Below are positions 35,359-42,191 of a stretch of 63,358 nucleotides of DNA, one piece after another. The translations under genes were made by a program, and so were the position numbers. The notes under the pieces are model-generated. The model saw only the letters and a list, made by a program, of their open reading frames with translations, was not told the origin of the DNA and did not search any database. The stretch's first letter is position 1. Each line of letters starts with the position of its first letter. Source of the stretch: Acidobacteriota bacterium (GTDB lineage: Bacteria > Acidobacteriota > Thermoanaerobaculia > Multivoradales > J023); contig RFGL01000065.1 of NCBI GenBank assembly GCA_003697015.1, positions 1 to 63,358 of the forward strand, given 5' to 3'.

Positions 35359-37022
35359 CCAAGGAAGCCAAAGAGACCATCGGTCGCGCGTCGGCGACCG
35401 AGCAGCGCCCGAATACGGCAGACAGATTCCAATTCTGGATCAAGAAGGGCGGCCGCATCAACCCCTTCGACATTGTCAGCGCCGAGCATCACGGAGGAAG
35501 CGAGACCTTCGGGCTGGTCACGGCCATCCGCCATCTCACGGACTCCTCGAGTCACCTCGCCAACTACATCTCGAACGATTTCGGCGAGCGCCTGATCGAG
35601 GAGCCGCAGACTTTGCGGCAGGGGACCAACGTAGCAGAGGCCACGGTACTGGCCAACACCCACGACGTCTACATGCCCGTGCAGAACGAGGCGACCGTCT
35701 CGTTTGCCGACGAGGAGTCCATCCACCGGGCGCTGGGCATCGACGGCATACCCGAGGAGCGACGCGTCCCCGCTGGGGTGGTGGAGATGAGCAACGGCGC
35801 CGAGGCGGTAGCGTATCTCGATCGCCATTTCGTCCTCGGCCCGGAGGCCGGACACGTCAACATTTCGGGCATCTCCGGCCTCGCTACCAAGACCTCCTAC
35901 GCCATGTTCCTCATCCAGTCGCTTCTGCAAAGAACCGAGAATGAGGAAGTTCCCGCGACGATCCTGCTGAACGTCAAGTACGACGATTTGCTGAGCCTGC
36001 ACGAACCGGCCGAGCTGAGCGACGAGGAGAAAGAAAAATGGCGACGGATGGGTCTCGAGCCGAAGCCATGGCCGCGCGACCGGGTGCACTACCTCCTGCC
36101 GAACGGTCCCCGGGGCAATCCCAATTCGTACGTCACCCTCGCCGACCTCCCCCAAGCGCAGATCTATGGCTACGAGCTCAACCATTGTGCAAGCAAGCTC
36201 GATCTTCTCTTGTCCGACATTCCGGATGCCGGCGGTACGCTCGAATCGGTCATCGGCGAGGTAGAAAGCGGACTCACCTCTAACGACAGGCTCTGGCAGT
36301 CGGTCGAGACCTGGGCAGATCTGCTCAACGGACCGCCGCTGGTCCAGCAGGGGATGCCGCAGAAGCTGCGCAGCATCCACGCCAGCAGCGTCGGCCGGTT
36401 CTTGCGCCTCATGCGCTCGATGGTCAGGACGCGCCAGTCCGGCATCTTCGTCGACCGCCTGTCGAACAAGATGACGACGATCGCCGAGACCTTGGCGGAC
36501 CTGCAGGCAGGACACACCTACGTCATCGACGTGGCCCGGCTCAAGGCCGCGGAGCAGACCCTGGTCTTCGGCGACGTGCTGCGGACGGTCTACGAGCTGT
36601 GTTCGGGCGAGTTCGAGTCGGAGATCGACGACTCGGAGCCGCCGAAGAAAGTGATCATCTTCGTCGACGAGCTGAACAAGTACGCACCCGCCCGGCAGGA
36701 CCAGGCCGCGTCGCCGATCCTGACGCAAGTTCTCGACATCGCGGAACGCGGCCGTTCATTCGGCATCATCCTCTTCTCCGCCCAGCAATTCCTGAGCGCC
36801 GTACACCAGCGGGTGACGGGCAACGCGGCGACCAAGATCCTCGGCCGCAGCGACAGCGCAGAAATCAGTCAGCCCAGCTATCGATCCCTAGAGCAGGACG
36901 TCAAGAGCTATCTGACGCGGCTCGACAAGGGCGAGCTCATCCTCTCCCACCCGATCTATCGCCAACCGATCAAGATCCGCTTCCCCCGATTGCCCTACCG
37001 GCAGGGAAGAGAGCACGGCTGA
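35355..37022 (+). CDS. HerA-like FtsK/HerA-superfamily ATPase (HAS-barrel + ATPase, COG0433-like)
   Basis: 555 aa with an N-terminal barrel-like segment (RFQFWIKKGGRINPFDIVSAEHHGGSETFGLVTAI). P-loop region HVNISGISGLATKTSYAMFL, Walker B KKVIIFVDELNKYAP, arginine-finger region AERGRSFGIILFSAQQ...ATKILGRSDSAE. Confidence 0.7.
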   Translation: MTKEAKETIGRASATEQRPNTADRFQFWIKKGGRINPFDIVSAEHHGGSETFGLVTAIRHLTDSSSHLANYISNDFGERLIEEPQTLRQGTNVAEATVLANTHDVYMPVQNEATVSFADEESIHRALGIDGIPEERRVPAGVVEMSNGAEAVAYLDRHFVLGPEAGHVNISGISGLATKTSYAMFLIQSLLQRTENEEVPATILLNVKYDDLLSLHEPAELSDEEKEKWRRMGLEPKPWPRDRVHYLLPNGPRGNPNSYVTLADLPQAQIYGYELNHCASKLDLLLSDIPDAGGTLESVIGEVESGLTSNDRLWQSVETWADLLNGPPLVQQGMPQKLRSIHASSVGRFLRLMRSMVRTRQSGIFVDRLSNKMTTIAETLADLQAGHTYVIDVARLKAAEQTLVFGDVLRTVYELCSGEFESEIDDSEPPKKVIIFVDELNKYAPARQDQAASPILTQVLDIAERGRSFGIILFSAQQFLSAVHQRVTGNAATKILGRSDSAEISQPSYRSLEQDVKSYLTRLDKGELILSHPIYRQPIKIRFPRLPYRQGREHG

Positions 37023-37031
37023 CGGCGGCGG

Positions 37032-38285
37032 ATGAGCGACGCCTGCCCACCTCTCCCCCCACGGTTCGAGTACCGGCTCGATCTCGCCGGCCACGTAACG
37101 CCGAAGCTGCTGAAGAACGAGCCCATCCACCGCTGGTTCTATTTCCAACACAGCTTCTCGCCCCAGCTCGTCGACCTGCTCTTCGATCGTTGGCAGGTGA
37201 CGCGAGGATCGGTCGTCGTCGATCCATTCGTCGGCGCGGGGACGACCCTCGTCTGTGCCAAACAGCGTGGCGTCGAGTCCGTCGGCGTCGACGTCTCTCC
37301 CCTCGCCGTTCTCGCCAGCAACGCCAAGATCGCGACGTACGACGTCACGTCCCTGGTCGATGCGCTCTCAACGGTGGCGCGGTTCGTTCGATCGAATGGG
37401 ACCGTCGATCTGTCGAGACCGCAACGTCTGCAAAGAGCCTTCACCGACGCCGAATTCGACGTCCTCTTTCGTCTGCGCCGGGCCATCTTGCGCCAAAAAA
37501 TGCCTGAACGCGACCTTCTGCTCCTGGCGCTGCTCAGGACCCAGCGGGAGATTTCGCGGGCCGTGCCCGACGGCGGCTGGTTTCGCTGGCGCGAGCGACG
37601 TTCGTCCGAGACGACGATCTGGCCGCGATTCAAGCGTTGGGTCGAGCAGTGGCTGAGAGACCTTTCGGCTCGGCCTCCGGCGGCCGTTCATTGCCGAGCA
37701 TGCACGGGTGATGCGCGGCGACTCGGAGACGTGCTGGCGGGTGCTTCAGGGCGTCGGCAACGCTGCCGTGCGATCGTCACCTCTCCGCCCTACCCGAACC
37801 GCCATGACTACAGCCGGATCTTCCAGATCGAGCTCTTGACCCTCGGGGTGACGGAGGGGGAGATCCGTCACTTGCGACAGACGTCATTGCGCTCGCACGT
37901 CGAAGCGAGGCCACCGGCCCGCTCGCCCCAACCCCGCGCGCACGCGGCGCCCTGGGCCGATCTGCTCGCGAGCATCCCGGTGGACGGGGTCGACTCGAGG
38001 GTGAAGTCGATGCTCGAAGGCTACTTCGAAGACATGCATGCGGTGCTGAGGTCGTGCTGGGACGCGTTGACGCCCGGTGGCAAGATGGCCCTCGTGGTCG
38101 GCAACGTCCGTCATGGCGGCGTGATGATTCCCGTCGACGAGCTCCTGACCTCCCTCGCTCAGAATCTCGGCTTTTCCTTTGAAGCGGGATGGGTCGCCAG
38201 GTTGCGCGGCAACAGCGCGCAGCAGATGGGCCGCTTCGGTCGCCGACCAGCACGGGAAAGCGTCTTGCTCTTCGAGAAGGTTTGA
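37032..38285 (+). CDS. DNA methyltransferase (N6-adenine/N4-cytosine type; motif I before motif IV; SPPY)
   Basis: 417 aa. Motif X/I-like IHRWFYFQHSFSPQLVDLL...VVVDPFVGAGTTLVCAKQRGVESVGVDV at residues ~31-88. Catalytic motif IV AIVTSPPYPNRHDY at ~247-260. Confidence 0.75.
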   Translation: MSDACPPLPPRFEYRLDLAGHVTPKLLKNEPIHRWFYFQHSFSPQLVDLLFDRWQVTRGSVVVDPFVGAGTTLVCAKQRGVESVGVDVSPLAVLASNAKIATYDVTSLVDALSTVARFVRSNGTVDLSRPQRLQRAFTDAEFDVLFRLRRAILRQKMPERDLLLLALLRTQREISRAVPDGGWFRWRERRSSETTIWPRFKRWVEQWLRDLSARPPAAVHCRACTGDARRLGDVLAGASGRRQRCRAIVTSPPYPNRHDYSRIFQIELLTLGVTEGEIRHLRQTSLRSHVEARPPARSPQPRAHAAPWADLLASIPVDGVDSRVKSMLEGYFEDMHAVLRSCWDALTPGGKMALVVGNVRHGGVMIPVDELLTSLAQNLGFSFEAGWVARLRGNSAQQMGRFGRRPARESVLLFEKV

Positions 38286-38376
38286 GAGCGCTACGGGACA
38301 GCATGCGAGTGAGAATCGGCGCTTGTGCCGCGCCGGCACGCACGACGCACTCACGCGGGCTCGCCCCGAGCTCGAC

Positions 38377-38583
38377 TCACAGCAGACGGACGTCGGCCCA
38401 GGCGGTGCAGATGCGGAGGGTGTCGTCGCCGCCGCGGGCGGCGAGGGCGGAGGCGGAGAAGCGCTGGATCTCGTCGCGGGTGGCGCCGGAGCGGCGCAGG
38501 GCCTGGCGCACCTCGCTCACCCACACCAGGGGGTTGCGGCTGTGGAAGCTCAGGCGGATGTCCGGATAGCGCGGCTCGCTCAC
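38377..38583 (-). CDS. Small (68-aa) hypothetical protein
   Basis: GTG-initiated ORF. Nearly every codon ends in G/C, like the host backbone. The composition is non-repetitive and protein-like (MSEPRYPDIRLSFHSRNPLVWVSEVRQALRRSGATRDEIQRFSASALAARGGDDTLRICTAWADVRLL). Function unknown. Confidence 0.5.
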   Translation of the reverse strand: MSEPRYPDIRLSFHSRNPLVWVSEVRQALRRSGATRDEIQRFSASALAARGGDDTLRICTAWADVRLL

Positions 38584-38713
38584 GTGCCCTGTTCCCCGAC
38601 GGCGGTAGCCGACGATACGTCCTCATTGGACTATAGCGCCGGAGAGCGGGTTCCTATTCGCCATCGAGGGCGATTTTGACCAAGGCGTTACCTGGGGTCC
38701 GGCCGCCGGGGGG

Positions 38714-38743
38714 TTGACTCGGCCCCGTGTCGGGGAGTACCGT
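38714..38743 (+). promoter_or_regulatory. Putative promoter of the TetR-RND operon (TTGACT-18 nt-TACCGT)
   Basis: TTGACT at 38714..38719 and TACCGT at 38738..38743, read directly. Immediately followed by the operator-like palindromes. Confidence 0.35.
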
Positions 38744-38775
38744 CAAACGGACGTTTGATTCAAGCGTCCGTTTGA
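38743..38775. promoter_or_regulatory. Putative TetR operator: two 16-bp quasi-palindromes forming a 33-bp inverted repeat
   Basis: TCAAACGGACGTTTGA (38743..38758), then T, then TCAAGCGTCCGTTTGA (38760..38775). The second is the reverse complement of the first with one mismatch. Located between the candidate -10 and the GAGG RBS of the TetR gene (ATG 38789). Confidence 0.55.
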
Positions 38776-38788
38776 GCGAGGGTCGACC

Positions 38789-39466
38789 ATGGGAAACGCC
38801 GCCGCAGCCAGGAACGCCAGCGAGGCCGTCAACCACACCAAGGAGAACCTGCTCGACGCCGCCGAGGTGCTCTTCGCCGAGCACGGGGTGGCGGGGGCCT
38901 CGCTGCGCGCCATCACCGCCCGCGCCGGCGTCAACCTGGCCGCGGCCCACTATCACTTCGGCTCGAAGGAAGCGCTGTTGCGGGCGGTGATGGCCCGCCG
39001 CCTGCGGCCGATCAACGCCCGCCGGCTGGCGCTCCTCGACGCCTACGAGGCGCAGCCGGCGGCGGAGCGCTCATTGGTCGAGCTGCTCCGGGCGTTCGTC
39101 GACCCGGTGGTGCGCTTCGGCCGCGAGTTGCCGGACGAGGGACGCGCCTTCGCTCAGCTCTGCGGCCGCGCCATGAACGCGCCGGACGACGTCCTGCGCT
39201 CGATCCTGATCGACGAGCTGGGGGAGGTGGTGCGCCGTTTTCTCCCCGCCTTCGCCCGGGCCCTGCCGGCGTTGCCGCGGCGGGAGCTGCTGTGGCGGGT
39301 CCACTTCACGGTCGGCGCGATGGCCCACGCCATGGCCGGCCGGCGGCTGATCGAAGCGGTCAGTGGCGGCCTCTGCGACACCCGCGACGTCGACGGCACG
39401 GTCGAACGGCTGGTGCGCTTTCTCGCCGCCGGCTTCGCTGCGCCGGCGGCGGAGGACTCGCCGTGA
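38789..39466 (+). CDS. TetR/AcrR-family transcriptional regulator
   Basis: 225 aa with HTH region TKENLLDAAEVLFAEHGVAGASLRAITARAGVNLAAAHYHFGSKEALL. Confidence 0.9.
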   Translation: MGNAAAARNASEAVNHTKENLLDAAEVLFAEHGVAGASLRAITARAGVNLAAAHYHFGSKEALLRAVMARRLRPINARRLALLDAYEAQPAAERSLVELLRAFVDPVVRFGRELPDEGRAFAQLCGRAMNAPDDVLRSILIDELGEVVRRFLPAFARALPALPRRELLWRVHFTVGAMAHAMAGRRLIEAVSGGLCDTRDVDGTVERLVRFLAAGFAAPAAEDSP

Positions 39467-40989
39467 GCGCCCTGCGCCGCCGTCCGTCGCCGGCCCTGCT
39501 GCCGGCTTTGCTGCTGCTGGCGGCATGCGCCAGCGCGCCGCCGGCGTCGCCGCCGGTCCTCGACGGCGAGATCCCCGAGGCCTGGCAGGCCGCGGGCGAC
39601 GAGGCCACCGCCGCCGCCCTCCCCGCCGGCCAGCCCTGGTGGACGGCCTTCGACGATCCCGAGCTGACGGCGTTGATCGACGAGGCCCTGGCCCACAACC
39701 ACGACCTGCGCGCAGCGGCGGCGCGGGTCGAGGCTGCCGCCGCCCAGGCGCGCATCGCCGGCGCGGCGCTCAAGCCGCAACTCGACGGCCGCGTCGACGC
39801 CAGCCGCCGGCAGCAGGTCTTCGTCGGCCTGCCGATTCCCGGCACCGGCAACGTGCTGTCGTCGCGTTCGAGCTCGGTCGGGCTGAGCCTGAACGTCAGC
39901 TGGGAAGCCGACCTCTGGGGCCGCCTGAAGGCCGGACGGGCGGCGGCGGCGAGCGATCTCCAGGCCGCTGCCGCCGATCTCGAGGGGGCGCGGCTGTCCC
40001 TCGCCGCCCAGACCGCCAAGGCCTACTTCGCCCTCGCCGAAGCGACGCGCCAGGTGGAGCTGGCCGAGGCCACTGCCGCCAGCCGGCGGGCCGCCACCGA
40101 GCGCGCCGAAAGGCGCTACCGCCGCGGCCTCCTGCCGGCCCTCGACGTCCGCCTGGCGCGCGCCAGCGAGGCCCAGGCAGCGAGCGCGCTCGCCCTGCGA
40201 CGGCGCCAGCGGGAGGGCATCGAACGCCAGCTCGAGGTGCTCCTCGGTCGCTATCCGTCCGGCGACCTCGATCGACCGGGTGGCGCGTTGCCGGCGCTGC
40301 CGGGAGCGGTGCCCGCCGGGCTGCCGGCCGCCCTCGTCACCCGCCGCCCCGACCTGGCGGCGGCCGAGCGGAGAATGGCCGCCGCCGGCTGGCGCGTCGC
40401 CGAGGCCCGCCGCGCCCTCTACCCGCGGCTCAGCCTGACCGCCGGCGGCGGCACCACCAGCGACGACGTCCGCGACCTGCTCGACGAGGATTTCTCGGTG
40501 TGGAACGTCGCCGGCAATCTGCTGCGACCGATCTTCCAGGGCGGCCGCCTGCGGGCGGCGGTGGAGCTCGCCGAGGCCGGTCGCGAGCGGCGGCTGGCCG
40601 AGTACGCCGCCGCGGCGTTGCGCGCCTTCGCCGAAGTCGAGACCGCGCTTGAGAACGAGCGCCGGCTGGCGGCGGAGGAAGCGGCCTTGGAGAAGCTGGT
40701 GGAGGAGTCCCGCGGCGCCCTGCGCCTGGCTGAGGAACGCTACTTCGCCGGCGCCGCGGGCGGCGGTTATCTCGCCATCCTCGACAGTCAGCGGCAGCTC
40801 TTCGCCGCCGAGAGCCAACTCCTCGCCGCCCGCCGGCAGCGCCTCGACAACCGCGTCGACCTCTACGTCGCCCTCGGCGGCGGCTTCACCACCCGCAGCG
40901 ACGACGCGGCCGGCGATCCCGGCGACCTCGACGACCAGGCGGACGGCCGGCCCAGTCACCACGGCGGGCCGGCGGAGGCCCGACCATGA
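39463..40989 (+). CDS. RND efflux outer-membrane factor lipoprotein (NodT family)
   Basis: Track ORF 39292..40989. GTG start at 39463 (GTGA overlap with the TetR stop), lipobox LLLLAACAS, WWTAFDDPELTALIDEALAHNHDLRAA. Confidence 0.85.
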   Translation: MSALRRRPSPALLPALLLLAACASAPPASPPVLDGEIPEAWQAAGDEATAAALPAGQPWWTAFDDPELTALIDEALAHNHDLRAAAARVEAAAAQARIAGAALKPQLDGRVDASRRQQVFVGLPIPGTGNVLSSRSSSVGLSLNVSWEADLWGRLKAGRAAAASDLQAAAADLEGARLSLAAQTAKAYFALAEATRQVELAEATAASRRAATERAERRYRRGLLPALDVRLARASEAQAASALALRRRQREGIERQLEVLLGRYPSGDLDRPGGALPALPGAVPAGLPAALVTRRPDLAAAERRMAAAGWRVAEARRALYPRLSLTAGGGTTSDDVRDLLDEDFSVWNVAGNLLRPIFQGGRLRAAVELAEAGRERRLAEYAAAALRAFAEVETALENERRLAAEEAALEKLVEESRGALRLAEERYFAGAAGGGYLAILDSQRQLFAAESQLLAARRQRLDNRVDLYVALGGGFTTRSDDAAGDPGDLDDQADGRPSHHGGPAEARP

Positions 40990-42191
40990 AAACGAAGCTG
41001 ATCCTGCCCCTCGTGATCCTCCTCCTCTCCGCCGCCGGCACCCTCGCCCTGGTGCGCTCGCGCAAGCCGGTCGAGACCCGGCCCGACGTGCCCCAGACGC
41101 CCCTGGTGCGGGTGGTGGTGGCCGAACGCCAGGACGTGCCCCTCGACGTCCACGCCCAGGGCACCGTCCTGCCGCGCACCGAGACCACCCTGGTGGCCCA
41201 GGTCGCCGGCCAGGTGATCGCCGTCAGCGAGTCCTTCGTCAGCGGCGGGTTCTTCGCCCGCGGCGAGCTGCTGGTCAAGCTCGATCCGCGCGACCACGAG
41301 CTCGCCCTGCGGCGGGCCGAGGCCCAGGTCGCCCAGGCCGAGCTGCGCCTGACCCAGGAACGGGCCGAGGCGCAGGTGGCGCGCGAGGAGTGGCAGGCCC
41401 TGGGGGGACGTGAGGCCTTCGGCGCCGATCCGGACCCGCTGGTGTTGCGCCAGCCCCAGATCGCCCAGCTCGAGGCCACCCTGGCCGCCGCCCGGGCGGA
41501 GGTCGAGCAGGCGCGCTTGAACCTCGAGCGGACCGAGATCCGCGCCCCCTTCGCCGGCCGCCTGCGCAGCAAGCTGGTCGACGTCGGCGCCTACCTGATG
41601 CCCGGCTCCCCGGTCGCCACCATCCACGCCATCGACTACGCCGAGGTCAAGCTGCCGGTAGCCGACGACGAGCTCGCCTTTCTCGAGCTGCCCGTCGCCT
41701 ACCGCGACGGCGCCGCCGGCCCCCGGCCGGAGGTGACCCTGAGCGCCCGCTTCGCCGGCCGCAGCCACAGCTGGAGCGGCCGCATCGTACGCAGCGAGGG
41801 GGAGCTCGACCCGCGCAGCCGCATGCTCAATCTGGTCGCGCGGATCGAGGATCCCTACGGCCGCAGCGGACGGCCGCCGCTGGTGGTCGGCCAGTTCGTC
41901 GACGCGATCATCGCCGGCCGCGTCGCCGAGGGGGTCTTCGTGCTGCCGCGCGCCGCCCTGCGCCGCGGCGAAGAAGATCACGTGCTGGTGGTCGGCGACG
42001 ACGAGCGGCTGCGCAAGCGGCCGGTGGAGGTGGTGCGCATCGCCGGCGAGACGGTGATCGTCGGCCGCGGGCTGGAAGAGGGCGAGCGGGTCTGCCTGTC
42101 GAACCTCGAGGTGGTGGTCGACGGCATGCCGGTCCGGGTGGTGGAGGAGGAGCAGCCGGCGGTTGGAGCGCCGGCGGAGGACAGGTCATGA
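40986..42191 (+). CDS. RND efflux periplasmic adaptor (MFP/HlyD family)
   Basis: 401 aa with an N-terminal anchor, coiled-coil hairpin and beta-barrel segments. ATGA-type overlap with both neighbours. Confidence 0.85.
   Translation: MKTKLILPLVILLLSAAGTLALVRSRKPVETRPDVPQTPLVRVVVAERQDVPLDVHAQGTVLPRTETTLVAQVAGQVIAVSESFVSGGFFARGELLVKLDPRDHELALRRAEAQVAQAELRLTQERAEAQVAREEWQALGGREAFGADPDPLVLRQPQIAQLEATLAAARAEVEQARLNLERTEIRAPFAGRLRSKLVDVGAYLMPGSPVATIHAIDYAEVKLPVADDELAFLELPVAYRDGAAGPRPEVTLSARFAGRSHSWSGRIVRSEGELDPRSRMLNLVARIEDPYGRSGRPPLVVGQFVDAIIAGRVAEGVFVLPRAALRRGEEDHVLVVGDDERLRKRPVEVVRIAGETVIVGRGLEEGERVCLSNLEVVVDGMPVRVVEEEQPAVGAPAEDRS

Noticed and set aside
38189-38679. Several R/G-rich ORFs in the gap after the methyltransferase (38179..38679, 38189..38569, 38325..38636, 38351..38626)
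   Set aside because: They are alternate frames of the single well-formed 68-aa ORF at 38377..38583. Their translations are arginine-rich low-complexity strings.
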